Shown here piece by piece: positions 39,876-49,553 of a stretch of DNA of 64,000 nucleotides. Source of the stretch: Asaia bogorensis. Lineage in GTDB: Bacteria; Cyanobacteriota; Cyanobacteriia; PCC-6307; Cyanobiaceae. A program made the position numbers and the translations under genes. The notes under the pieces were generated by a model, which saw nothing but the letters and a program-made list of their open reading frames with translations, did not search any database and was not told where the DNA came from. The stretch's first letter is position 1; each line of letters opens with the position of its first letter. Location: positions 377,506 through 441,505 of the forward strand of contig CALRQW020000001.1 in the NCBI GenBank assembly GCA_943370455.1, read 5' to 3'.

Positions 39876-40871
39876 TCAATCCACGAGCAGCGAGGCCACC
39901 TGATCGCGGCCGTTGCCTTTGGCCAGATACAACGCCTGATCAGCCCTGTAAAACAGATCAGCAAAGCTCTGATCCCGATCCGCCAGCTGGGTGGTGCCAC
40001 CACTGATGTTCGGGTGATAGTCAGACTGATCGAACACGCCCGGCATGGCGGCGATCGCCTGGCGAATCTCCTCCGCCAGCTGGGTGGCGCGGCTGATGGA
40101 AGCGTTCACCAGCAGCACGGAGAATTCCTCGTCGCCAATGCGCCCGAACAGATCCTCATGGCCCAGCTTCTGTTGGGCCAAGGCGCAAACATCCAACAGC
40201 ACCTGATCACCAGCCTGGTGGCCCCATCGGATGTTGATCTGGCGGAAATTATCGATATCGAAATTGAACAGAGCCAGCGAATGGCCCTGGGCGCGAGCCT
40301 GCTCAAACTCCTGTTGGCCGAAGCGAAAAAATACGCTGCGGTTGTACAAACCGGTTACGGGGCATTGCATGCTGCGCTGGCGCAGCTCCAGCTCCCGCAT
40401 CACCAGATCAGCCATCAGCTTCAACATCACCCGCTGGTGGGGATCCAGCACCCGCGGCTTGCGATCAATCGCGCAGAGCGTGCCCAGGTTGTAGCCATCG
40501 CCGGTCCGCAACGGCACACCGGCATAGAAGCGAATCTTCGGCTCATCCACTACCAGTGGATTGGTGTTGAAGCGTGGATCGTCGAGGGCATCCGGCACCT
40601 CCATCAGCTCCGGCTCCGCAATCGCATGGGCACAAAACGCCATGGCGCGCGGCGTTTGCTGCGCCTCGAGGCCATGGCGTGCCAGAAACCACTGGCGATC
40701 GCGATCTACCAGCGACACCAGGGCAATCGGCACGCCCAGCACCGCCGAGGCCAACTCCACGATGCGGTTGAACTCTGGATCCTCCGCGGTATCGAGCACC
40801 GCGAAGCGCCGCAGCGCCCGCAGCCGCTGCTCCTCATTGGCAGGAATCGGATAGTCGGGATAGGGGCTCAT
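39876..40871 (-). CDS. GAF-GGDEF diguanylate cyclase
   Basis: GAF (AFCAHAI, RFYAGVPL, LGTLCAID); GGDEF domain (DIDNFRQIN..WGH..GD, GRIGDEEF, ADQALY.AK..GRD). Confidence 0.92.
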   Translation of the reverse strand: MSPYPDYPIPANEEQRLRALRRFAVLDTAEDPEFNRIVELASAVLGVPIALVSLVDRDRQWFLARHGLEAQQTPRAMAFCAHAIAEPELMEVPDALDDPRFNTNPLVVDEPKIRFYAGVPLRTGDGYNLGTLCAIDRKPRVLDPHQRVMLKLMADLVMRELELRQRSMQCPVTGLYNRSVFFRFGQQEFEQARAQGHSLALFNFDIDNFRQINIRWGHQAGDQVLLDVCALAQQKLGHEDLFGRIGDEEFSVLLVNASISRATQLAEEIRQAIAAMPGVFDQSDYHPNISGGTTQLADRDQSFADLFYRADQALYLAKGNGRDQVASLLVD

Positions 40872-40937
40872 CGCAGCACGACAAAGAACAAGAACACCAA
40901 GGCCATCGATGGGTGGCGCACGTGCCGCCTCGTGCGA

Positions 40938-41330
40938 TCAATACACCCTGCTGTCAGTCTGATCAGCGGAGGCCTGTAGCGGCGTGAGGCGAATGCCGCC
41001 CTCATGCAGATGAATGCGGAACTGATCACCCGGCTTGAGCTGCAGTTTCTCGGTGTAGGCACGGCCCACCATCAGATTGCCGTTGAAGTGCACATGGGTG
41101 TTGAAGCTCAGCTCCCGCCCTTGGCTGCTGCGGCTGGCGCGCCCGCGGCCGGGATGCCCGGGCAAATGCACACCCTTGGCCTCCAGGATGGCCTCGTAGA
41201 AATCGGTGAAATGGAGATGCTCCCGGCCATCCTCAGAGCGGGTGGCATAGCCGCAAGAGCGCACCAGCTCGGAGCGGCTGAGGCCCCGTAGCTGATCCAA
41301 TTTGGCGAGCAATCGATCACCTTCGAGCAT
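40938..41330 (-). CDS. Cyanobacterial AbrB-like transcriptional regulator (accessory paralog)
   Basis: From ATG 41330: L.G..LLAK, ELVRSCGY, FTDFYEAILEAKG, GRELSF...V..NGNL.VG.AYT..L.LKPGD.F. Confidence 0.9.
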   Translation of the reverse strand: MLEGDRLLAKLDQLRGLSRSELVRSCGYATRSEDGREHLHFTDFYEAILEAKGVHLPGHPGRGRASRSSQGRELSFNTHVHFNGNLMVGRAYTEKLQLKPGDQFRIHLHEGGIRLTPLQASADQTDSRVY

Positions 41331-41355
41331 GGAAGCGGCAAGCAGCGGCCACGAT

Positions 41356-41631
41356 CTAAGAACGGCTGCTGAGCTTGTGTTCAAGCCAATGTTGTTCTGC
41401 CGCTAAAATGCTGCAGCTGTGGACCAATCGCAGGCGCTGCAGATAGCGGATGGGCCGCTGTTTGCTGACAATCCAAGACCTCAGCCGATGCACAGCCGCA
41501 GCAGGATCCACAACGAACCAGGCGCGATCGCGATCCAGGCTGAAGTGGCCATCAGCGCAGAGCCAACGAGGCCGCGCCCGCACCATCGCTGAGGGCGGCA
41601 GCAACAACACCCGCCAACCAACCATCACCAT
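41356..41631 (-). CDS. Possible hypothetical protein (91 aa)
   Basis: Fills the abrB-hydrolase gap; W/aromatic pattern (WLCADGHFSLDRDRAWF) looks protein-like; no family recognised. Confidence 0.35.
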   Translation of the reverse strand: MVMVGWRVLLLPPSAMVRARPRWLCADGHFSLDRDRAWFVVDPAAAVHRLRSWIVSKQRPIRYLQRLRLVHSCSILAAEQHWLEHKLSSRS

Positions 41632-41766
41632 GTTGCAAGGGAGGTGATGCTGAACAGCGCGGCAGCAGCTGGTGATCACCGGCACAGATTCGGAGCAAAG
41701 CTGCCGCGCGGATCGGAAGCCTCAACTGGGCTTTTTCTGATGGGAACAAACCATCGCCCAGCCTCC

Positions 41767-42441
41767 ATGGCGCGCACAGCCAGCCGCATCAGCCTCACCA
41801 TCCCCGCCGACGGCGGCAGCCTTGTGGGCGACCTCACCCTGCCGCCCCAACCCGACGGTTTGGTGGTGTTCTGCCATGGATCCGGCAGCAATCGCTTCAG
41901 CCCCCGCAATCGCCGCGTTGCCGAAAGGCTGGAACGGGGCGGCCTAGCGACCCTGCTCTGCGACCTCGAACGCAACGGCGAAGCCATCCATGGCCGCACC
42001 CTCGCGTCGCTGCCTCCTCTGCAGCAGCGCCTGTTGCGGGTGCTCGACTGGACCGCGCAGCAAGACGATCTCAGCCGCCTGCCCCTGGCGCTGTTTGGCA
42101 GCAGCACCGGCGCCGCCCTGGCCCTCGTTGCCGCTGCGGAGCGGCCAGGGCGGGTGCAAGCCGTGGTGTCGCGCGGCGGACGCCCGGATCTGGTGTTCCA
42201 GCGGCTGGATGAGGTGCGCTGCCCTGTGTTGTTGCTGGTGGGTGAGCACGATGTGGATGTGCTGGAGCTGAATGCCTGGGCGGCCGGACAACTGCAAGTG
42301 CGCAACCAACTGGTGGTGATCCCCCAGGCCAGCCATCTATTCGATGAACCTGGCTGCCTGGATGCCGTTGCCGAGCAGAGCTACAGCTGGCTGATGGAGC
42401 AATTTCGGCAGGGCCGATTCAGCACTGCAGATGATTTGTAG
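41767..42441 (+). CDS. Dienelactone hydrolase-type alpha/beta hydrolase (like the C-terminal half of Rv0571c)
   Basis: VVFCHGSGSNRFSPRN, FGSSTGAA, AVVSRGGRPDL, LLLVGEHD, ASHLFDEPG. Confidence 0.9.
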   Translation: MARTASRISLTIPADGGSLVGDLTLPPQPDGLVVFCHGSGSNRFSPRNRRVAERLERGGLATLLCDLERNGEAIHGRTLASLPPLQQRLLRVLDWTAQQDDLSRLPLALFGSSTGAALALVAAAERPGRVQAVVSRGGRPDLVFQRLDEVRCPVLLLVGEHDVDVLELNAWAAGQLQVRNQLVVIPQASHLFDEPGCLDAVAEQSYSWLMEQFRQGRFSTADDL

Positions 42442-42595
42442 ACAAGCTCTGCAAGCTGCTGCACAACCACAGTGGCTTGCCAGCAGTAAACGGCACTTCG
42501 CCACCTTTTAACGCTCGTATTCTCAAGCTGCTGAGAGATGCAGCAGAGCTGAAGTCTCTTGGCGTCTTTTCCACTCTCACCCGCGGAGTTTTCCG

Positions 42596-42865
42596 ATGAA
42601 CGAGCGTATTCGCGTGCTTCAGCGCCAGCCCAAACGCATCTCGATCACCCTCAGCTATCACGTGCATGAGGCGCTGCTCACCCGATCGGAAGAGGAGGGA
42701 AGATCCGTGTCGAATCTGTGTGCATTCCTACTGGAAGATGCCCTGAGAGATCCTCAGCGCAGCCTCACTCCCCAGCCTTCGGGCAGCGGCATGGCAAACG
42801 CAAACAGCCACAGCCTGCAGCCGCCGGCCCACGCCGCAGCGCGGCTGAACACACGGGCGTTCTGA
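42596..42865 (+). CDS. Ribbon-helix-helix DNA-binding protein
   Basis: PKRISITLSYHVHEALLTRSEEEGRSVSNLCAFLLE. Confidence 0.8.
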   Translation: MNERIRVLQRQPKRISITLSYHVHEALLTRSEEEGRSVSNLCAFLLEDALRDPQRSLTPQPSGSGMANANSHSLQPPAHAAARLNTRAF

Positions 42866-42932
42866 TGGTGCATTGATTGAGCTGAAACGGCTGGGCGGCC
42901 ACGATGCGGTCGCCCGGCCTGATCAACCACCC

Positions 42933-43772
42933 TTAATTGGGAAAGAGTGCCGGGGTGAGATGGCGGCGCAACTTCGTGAGCGCATGCCGCTCCAGCCGTT
43001 GCACCTGATCCTTGCTGCGGCCGATCAAACGAGCCACTTCGGCAAAGGAGCGCTGCTTCTCCTCCCCGTAACGCAACTGAATCACGGTGAGCTCCGGCGT
43101 TGAGAGATGCTGCAGTTGGCTGTGCATCCAGCGGTAGTCATCCGCGATCGTCGGTTGATGCTCATCGGTCACGGTATCCAGCAGGGTCATGTCACCGTCG
43201 CTGCCGTTGAGCTGTTGATCGAGCGAAACCGTGTTGCTGCGGTGCTGGATCGCCATCGCATACAGCAAGCGCTGCGGCGATTCCTGCAACACCTCGGCCA
43301 GCTGATCCACACTCAGCGGCTGACTGCGCAAGCTCTGCAGGGAATCGGCGCGGTTGGCCAGGCTCACCAGATTCACCGGAATGCGGATGCTGCCGCTGTG
43401 CTCCTGCAGATAGCGGTTGATCGCCTGGCGAATCCACCAGTAGCCATAGGTGGAAAACTTGTAACCGCGGGTGGGGTCGTATTTCTCGGCCGCCCGCAGC
43501 AGCCCCAGATTGCCCGCCTGCACCAGATCCATCGGGTCATGGGCCAGGTGCTTGAGCCGGCGGATGTAGCGCAGAGCCACGGTCACCACCAGGCGCAGAT
43601 TAGCCGTCACGATGCGCTGCAGGGCGCGGCGGCCGCGCCGTTGCAGGGCTGGTGAAGGATCACTGGTTTCCATCCAATCCTTCACGATCGTTCCCAGATG
43701 CACTTCCTCTTGGGCCGTGAGCAAAGGGATCCGACCAATGCTGCGCAGATAGTCACCAAAAGCATCACTCAT
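42933..43772 (-). CDS. Accessory sigma-70 factor (group 2-like, divergent)
   Basis: YLRSIGRIPLLT.QEE, NLRLVV, DLVQ.GNLGL.RAAEKYDPTRGYKFSTYGYWWIRQAI, region 4 HTH. Confidence 0.92.
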   Translation of the reverse strand: MSDAFGDYLRSIGRIPLLTAQEEVHLGTIVKDWMETSDPSPALQRRGRRALQRIVTANLRLVVTVALRYIRRLKHLAHDPMDLVQAGNLGLLRAAEKYDPTRGYKFSTYGYWWIRQAINRYLQEHSGSIRIPVNLVSLANRADSLQSLRSQPLSVDQLAEVLQESPQRLLYAMAIQHRSNTVSLDQQLNGSDGDMTLLDTVTDEHQPTIADDYRWMHSQLQHLSTPELTVIQLRYGEEKQRSFAEVARLIGRSKDQVQRLERHALTKLRRHLTPALFPN

Positions 43773-43824
43773 GGACGCGGAACTTGATGGCGCTCAATCC
43801 TCCGGCCAATCCGCGATTGCAAGC

Positions 43825-45024
43825 TCAGGCTGAGCAGGCTTGCCCATGGATCGAGGCGTCCTGCAGCATCAATGTGGGCTCCTCCTGACGCTGCGGCCGC
43901 CAGGATTGATAGGCACCCGCACGCTCAGGGCGGCTCAACACCAGCTGCCAGAGCAAACCCTGGCGCGAGCGGAAGAACCCTGCACAACTGAGCAGGTAAT
44001 AGCGCCAGAACCGGAAAAACTCCGGCGTGCTGTCGCACTCCAGGCGTGGCCAGGCCCGCTCGAAGTTCTGCCACCAGGCCAACAGGGTGCGGTCGTAGTC
44101 GCAACCGAAGTTTTCCCAGTCTTCGATCAAGAAATGCCCCTCAAGGCCATCGGTGAGCTGCCGCGCCGACGGCAGCCTGCCGCCAGGAAAGATGTAGCGA
44201 TCGATCCAGGGATCGGTGCGGTTGGTGGTGCGGGCCGAGCCAATCGTGTGCAGCAAGGCCAGGCCATGGGGATGCAGCAGCCGCTTGAGCGTGCGGAAAA
44301 AGGTGGTGTCGTTGCGGCGGCCCACGTGCTCAAACATCCCCACCGAGGCAATGCGATCAAACAGTCCTGGATCGCGCGCAGGCAGCTGGCGGTAATCACA
44401 CAATTCCACCCGGATCGGCAAATCGGCCAGGTGCTCACCGATCCAACTGGCCTGCTGGGCCGACACGGTGATGCCCACCACCTCCACGCCGTAGTTACGG
44501 GCGGCATAGGCGGCGAGAGAACCCCACCCGCAGCCCACATCCAGCAGGCGCATCCCAGGCCGCAACTCCAGCTTTTCGCAGATCAGCCGCAACTTGTGAT
44601 CCTGGGCATCCGCGAGGCTCTCGGCATGGCGCCAATAACCGCAGCTGTACACCATCTGCGGGTCCAACATCGCGGCGTAAACCCGTGGATCGATGTCGTA
44701 ATGGCGGCGGCCCACCACAAAAGAGCGCCGCAAGGCTTGGGGGTTGCTGAGCTGATCGCTCACCATCCGGGCCAGCTCCGCAAGGCGCGAGCGCAGCGTG
44801 AGGGGGCGGTTGGCATCACTGCGCAGCAGCCGGCAGATCAGCTCATCGAGCTGTTCACAATCCCAATCGCCCCGCACATAGCCATTGCCCAACGCCAGCG
44901 AGCCCTGCTGCAAAAGCGCTCCATAGAACTGCGGATTGTGCACCCGAAAATCCCAGGGGCGATCGCCGTTGAAGCGCACATCAGCGGCCTCCACGATGGC
45001 CGCAAGGCTTGCGGGAACGGGCAT
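43825..45024 (-). CDS. cfa: Cyclopropane-fatty-acyl-phospholipid synthase
   Basis: From ATG 45024: HYDI, MVYSCGYW, AQ..KL.LIC.KL.L.PGMRLLDVGCGWG, SVGMFEH, YIFPGG, DY..TL..W. Confidence 0.93.
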   Translation of the reverse strand: MPVPASLAAIVEAADVRFNGDRPWDFRVHNPQFYGALLQQGSLALGNGYVRGDWDCEQLDELICRLLRSDANRPLTLRSRLAELARMVSDQLSNPQALRRSFVVGRRHYDIDPRVYAAMLDPQMVYSCGYWRHAESLADAQDHKLRLICEKLELRPGMRLLDVGCGWGSLAAYAARNYGVEVVGITVSAQQASWIGEHLADLPIRVELCDYRQLPARDPGLFDRIASVGMFEHVGRRNDTTFFRTLKRLLHPHGLALLHTIGSARTTNRTDPWIDRYIFPGGRLPSARQLTDGLEGHFLIEDWENFGCDYDRTLLAWWQNFERAWPRLECDSTPEFFRFWRYYLLSCAGFFRSRQGLLWQLVLSRPERAGAYQSWRPQRQEEPTLMLQDASIHGQACSA

Positions 45025-45139
45025 GTCTTGAGCAAAACGCCTCCCACCCAATCCGCAGTAGAGCAATCCATCGCCGGTGGCGCTAAATCTGCGGCGCCAT
45101 CACCGCGGCCCCGCTGTAACCCGGCTGCAATGCAAGCGC

Positions 45140-47197
45140 TCAGGGCCAAGCCTGCAGTGCCAGAGCCTGCGGATCCTGACCACGCCACTGGAGCCGCTTG
45201 AGACAGAGCGAACCGGCACCACGGCTGCGCAGCCAATCCGCCGGCTGTTCGCGCCTCTCACCTGGTGGCTGCCAGCGCACCAACTCCACATCATCGAGAT
45301 CCAGCCATTGCTGACCCGCGCCTGGCGGATCCAGAGCAATGGCAGGACTGACCGCGACAACATGCTCCGGCACCTGGAGATCCAAGCGCACAGGCTGCCA
45401 TCGTCCGTGCGTCCGCAATGGAACCGAGCGCATCACCCGCGCCACGGAAAGCCCCCTCAGGGCGCCATACCAACTGATCTGAACGCGTGGCGTGCTGCCG
45501 GCTGGTCCCCTCAGCCAGGCGAGAAAGGTGAGGCGTTCCCCCGGTTGCACCGCAACGCGATGGAGGGGGCGGAGCAGCACGGGTTGCCGATGCAGGGCAG
45601 AACGCCTCAAGCGCACCCCATAACTCCCGCTGCGTGCCGCACTGCGCTCAACCCGCTGATCGTTGTTGAACAAAGCCCAGAGCACCCCTTCACCGGAGCG
45701 TGCTCCCACCAGCTGATCCTCAAAGTTGCCAACCGCCAGTAGCGAACGCCCCAGCTCCAAAGGCGCATCGCCGCGCCAACCACACACCGTGGCATGGGAA
45801 TTGAACGACCAAAGCCGAGAAGGTTGTGAACCTGCAGCCACAGACAGCCAACGCGTCTGCTGTTGTGCCTGAGCGGAGACGTCCAGCTCCATCACATCAT
45901 CCTGAATGACCCAAGGGGCAGCACTTTTGGCCGCGATTCCCCGCAGAATCCAGCCCGCCAGCTCTCCCGCAGCGGGATGAGGGCGGTAGCGATGCAACAG
46001 CAGCGGGTAGACGATCACCCGCTGCACCACGCCTCGGTGGAGATGCACCTCAAGCAACTGCGACGGGAATGTGCTCCAGAGGGTCTGATCAAAGAGGAAG
46101 TTGCCAAGCCCCAGGGCCACGAGGCTGCGTCCATCCCAATGGAAGCCCCCCAGCACATGGGAGTGATGAATCAACACCAAGGTGGCACCAGCACGGCGGG
46201 CCACGTCCGCCATCTGGGCCATGGGTGGAGTGGGCTCGCTCTGATACTCGTTCCCCCCGTGAAGCATCACCACCACAGGTCCAAGGGCGCGAGCAGCCCG
46301 CACGGCAGCGTTGAGCCGGCTGGCCTCGCAAAGGGCAGCTCCAGGCTTGGATTGCTCAGCAGAAGCGACGTAACTGATCGGGTGCTGACTGCCGTGAATC
46401 GTGGTGCAACCCAACACGGACAACGGCCGTCCGCCAAAGTTGCGCACCGCTGGTCGCCAAGCCTCATCCATCGTGGATCCAGCCCCAAACATGCCCGTGC
46501 CAGGGCGATATCCAGCCAGCTGCAAGGTCTCCAGTGTTGAGGTCAACCCAGACTCGAGAGCATCAAAGATGTGGTTATTGGCCAGACCAACCATGTCGAC
46601 ACCGGCCCGTTGCAAAGCCGCCGGGAGTGCGAGCGAGCTGGCAAACACATAATCCTTTGTGGGATGAAAGGCAGCTGCCCTAAAGCCTTGACGCTCTGCC
46701 ACAGGATCAGGAAATAGCGGGCTTTCCAAGTTCAACAACGTGAGATCTGCTCGGGCCAACAACGGCTGAACGGCCTGGAGCAATCGCTGGTGACCAGCCA
46801 CACCGTCGCCGGGCAGGAGCTGCGGGGCATGGTGTGTCATCGAATCACCGCTGAAGAAACGACGCCCAGCCATCACATCGCCAACGGCATGGAGCACAAC
46901 GGTGTCTGAATCAGCCGGGCTCAAACGCAACAGGAGGGGCAACCCTGGCTGCACAGGGCGCAGCGCCGAGGCATACCCCGCTCGCGAAGCCTCAAGCCAG
47001 CCTGGCCCGGCCGACAGCGACAGGCGAAAACGTCCGTCAACCCCGGTGGAGGTGCGAAGGGAACCGTGGCGAATCTGAACCGCGGCAATCGGCTTGCCAT
47101 CGAGATCAACAACACGACCCGTCACTGAGCCGCCCTGCAATTGGCAAGCCGTGAGCGGCATCGCAACCACCAGAACAGCAACCAGGCTGCGAATCAC
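45140..47197 (-). CDS. Multidomain lipoprotein: carboxypeptidase-regulatory-like domain + CapA domain + C-terminal carbohydrate-binding-like domain
   Basis: GTG start, lipobox LTAC; VTGRVVDLDGKPI...TGVDGRF; AVGDVMAGR, LNLESP, LANNHIFD, LHGGNEY, LGNFLFDQ; GNFED...W...RSG.YGV. Confidence 0.85.
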   Translation of the reverse strand: MIRSLVAVLVVAMPLTACQLQGGSVTGRVVDLDGKPIAAVQIRHGSLRTSTGVDGRFRLSLSAGPGWLEASRAGYASALRPVQPGLPLLLRLSPADSDTVVLHAVGDVMAGRRFFSGDSMTHHAPQLLPGDGVAGHQRLLQAVQPLLARADLTLLNLESPLFPDPVAERQGFRAAAFHPTKDYVFASSLALPAALQRAGVDMVGLANNHIFDALESGLTSTLETLQLAGYRPGTGMFGAGSTMDEAWRPAVRNFGGRPLSVLGCTTIHGSQHPISYVASAEQSKPGAALCEASRLNAAVRAARALGPVVVMLHGGNEYQSEPTPPMAQMADVARRAGATLVLIHHSHVLGGFHWDGRSLVALGLGNFLFDQTLWSTFPSQLLEVHLHRGVVQRVIVYPLLLHRYRPHPAAGELAGWILRGIAAKSAAPWVIQDDVMELDVSAQAQQQTRWLSVAAGSQPSRLWSFNSHATVCGWRGDAPLELGRSLLAVGNFEDQLVGARSGEGVLWALFNNDQRVERSAARSGSYGVRLRRSALHRQPVLLRPLHRVAVQPGERLTFLAWLRGPAGSTPRVQISWYGALRGLSVARVMRSVPLRTHGRWQPVRLDLQVPEHVVAVSPAIALDPPGAGQQWLDLDDVELVRWQPPGERREQPADWLRSRGAGSLCLKRLQWRGQDPQALALQAWP

Positions 47198-47373
47198 CCG
47201 TCACCCGCAAGGGAGTCCAGCCTGGTAGCAATCGCAAAGCACACCATCAGCCTGGCAACAAATCACAGCTTGATGATGCACATCCACAGCAATCATCCCG
47301 CAGATCACAAGAACGACACCCTGAACTCCGATAAGGGAGCGAACAATAACAAGCACTTGTCACCAGCACTGCA

Positions 47374-48570
47374 TTGACGAGCTACCTGCTGTATGTGCTG
47401 GTTGTTACCACCTTCCTCTACCACACTCTTGAACGCTACCGAAGATTCAAGAAAGCCCGCGACTTGATTCGTTGGCGTGTCCATGTGAATGGCATCAGAG
47501 GAAAATCAACAACAACGCGTTACATCGCGGCCGTATTCCGGGAGCAGGGCTATCGAACCTTTGGCAAAACAACCGGGAGCGCAGCAAGAATCCTGTTACC
47601 GGATGGCAGCGAAACCAGCGTCCGCCGCAAGGGGATGGCCAACGTCAATGAACAGGTGAGAATCCTCAAACAATTCAGCGACGAAGGCGCAGAAGCCGCC
47701 GTGATTGAATGCATGGCCGTAAATCCAATTTACGGCGAATGGCTGGAGCAGAAGGTGATGCAATCCGGAATCGGCGTTCTCACCAACGTCCGATTGGATC
47801 ACACCGACTATCTGGGCGAAACACTCGAGGAGATCGCCCAATCCCTGGCGAGATTTATTCCACATGATGGCATCCTGATCACCGCAGAGCAGAACCCAAC
47901 ACTCCAGGCCATCTTGAAAAACAGGGCAAAGGAGCGCGGCACTCAGCTCGTGACTGTTGATGGCAGGAGCATTAACAAGGAGGAGCTCAAAGGATTTAAT
48001 CATTTCGCGATTGAAGACAATGTAGCCATTGGCTATGCAATAGCCGATCGGATCGGCCTCTCCAAAGACCGTGCATTGCGAGCCATGCAAGTAGCCGAGC
48101 CCGATCCAGGGGCACTGTGCCTAACCACACTAAAGCGGAATACGAAAACGATTCACTGGGCCAACCTCTTTGCCGTGAATGATCGCGAGAGCTTCGTGGA
48201 CTTATGCCAGCGAATCTTCAGCATCCATCCTGATAGCCAGAGGATCGTCATTCTCAACAATCGGCACGATCGACCATCGAGAGTAGAACTGTTCACGCAA
48301 CTCTCACTGCAACTTCAATTTGAAGCCATCATCACCTTCGGAGACTACGAGAAAGAAGTCAGCCGGCTTACCTCCTCCACGAGCTGCCGCGTGGTGCATT
48401 GCGGAAACAGCAGCGAGCTCAAACAGGCCAATGGTTCCACCCTACTCGAAACGATCGCAAACCTGATCGATCGGCGGGGTTCAGCCGTTCTAGTGGGCGC
48501 CGTCAACATTCACACTCCACAAGCCGAGCGCTTGTTGGATGCACTCTCCAGGCAGGAGCGATGGAGCTAA
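47374..48570 (+). CDS. pgsB: Poly-gamma-glutamate synthase PgsB/CapB (Mur-ligase-like)
   Basis: VHVNGIRGKSTTTR, GKTTGS, ANVNEQ, IECMAV.P, TNVRLDH.DYLG.TLEEIA, FA.ND, NNR.DR..R. Confidence 0.93.
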   Translation: MTSYLLYVLVVTTFLYHTLERYRRFKKARDLIRWRVHVNGIRGKSTTTRYIAAVFREQGYRTFGKTTGSAARILLPDGSETSVRRKGMANVNEQVRILKQFSDEGAEAAVIECMAVNPIYGEWLEQKVMQSGIGVLTNVRLDHTDYLGETLEEIAQSLARFIPHDGILITAEQNPTLQAILKNRAKERGTQLVTVDGRSINKEELKGFNHFAIEDNVAIGYAIADRIGLSKDRALRAMQVAEPDPGALCLTTLKRNTKTIHWANLFAVNDRESFVDLCQRIFSIHPDSQRIVILNNRHDRPSRVELFTQLSLQLQFEAIITFGDYEKEVSRLTSSTSCRVVHCGNSSELKQANGSTLLETIANLIDRRGSAVLVGAVNIHTPQAERLLDALSRQERWS

Positions 48571-49553
48571 GCACACCAGAGATTCAGCGCTTCAGCCTTA
48601 CGATTGGAAGCCTACTTGCCCTGTTTTGGCAGCAGCGTAATGGAATCACACCAGGTGGAATCATTGTTCCTGGAATGCTAACGAATCTTGCCTTAGTTTC
48701 ACCAGGCTGGTGCTCGATCGTGGTAGCCACCGCTTATCTCATACAACAGATTTATCAACGCTGGCTTGAACGACTGCATCATCAGAGGCGCCTACCCATG
48801 TACATCCTTGGCGCACTCTCCATCCTGATCAGCACACCCCTAGCCCTGATTGCAATTCAACTCGGCTTGATTGCCTCCACACTCGATGGCATCACCGGCT
48901 GCCTACTCCCAGGCGTGATCGCCTTCAACCTTCATCGCCAAAATTGGCGATTGGTGAGCCAGGGAATGCTGATTGTGAGTGCAGGAACCCTGATCCTCAC
49001 ACTCTCACTTGTTGGCATCGGAAGCCAGCTCTTTGGGATCCACTTCAATGAACTCAACCAGTACTACAGGCATGTGAGCAGCATTCAACTGCATTTCAAG
49101 TCAGTTCAGTTTCTTGTGGCGCTACTGATCGGCATGACGATATACAAACGCACCCACGAACGACCCGGTGGCTATGTGGTGGCACCAATGGCTGCTGTGC
49201 TTCTCTTGGAACCACTGAGTGCCGCCATGTTTGTGGTGGGCTGTTTGAGTGTGGAGCGTGGGGTGCGCGCGATGAGTGCTCGCAGCTTGATCGTAGGCCT
49301 GAATCGTTACGTGATTGCACTGCTCTTGAGCATCGCCTATGTGTGGAGTGCGGAGATGCTGTTTATCCAGCTCGGGATGGAAGCCTTGCCCTTTCAGGGC
49401 AATCACATCCTGGTTGTGATCGCCATCCTCTCCTATGCCAACGACGTTGTGCTGTACGGCCGATCCAAGGTGCTGCCATGGATGCTGATGATGATCAGCT
49501 CGGCCATGGCCGCTCTGTTGATCACCCACCATCTCTGGGCACTCACCTCGTAA
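48561..49553 (+). CDS. pgsC: PgsC/CapC membrane protein, tandem two-domain form
   Basis: GITPGGIIVPG and LLPGVIA....RQ in the first half; degenerate second copy RPGGYVVAP...ANDV; 330 aa, about twice a normal CapC. Confidence 0.8.
   Translation: MELSTPEIQRFSLTIGSLLALFWQQRNGITPGGIIVPGMLTNLALVSPGWCSIVVATAYLIQQIYQRWLERLHHQRRLPMYILGALSILISTPLALIAIQLGLIASTLDGITGCLLPGVIAFNLHRQNWRLVSQGMLIVSAGTLILTLSLVGIGSQLFGIHFNELNQYYRHVSSIQLHFKSVQFLVALLIGMTIYKRTHERPGGYVVAPMAAVLLLEPLSAAMFVVGCLSVERGVRAMSARSLIVGLNRYVIALLLSIAYVWSAEMLFIQLGMEALPFQGNHILVVIAILSYANDVVLYGRSKVLPWMLMMISSAMAALLITHHLWALTS

Noticed and set aside
42889-42919. GC-rich hairpin between the convergent RHH and sigma genes
   Set aside because: No U-tract on either strand; could be a terminator but is not supportable
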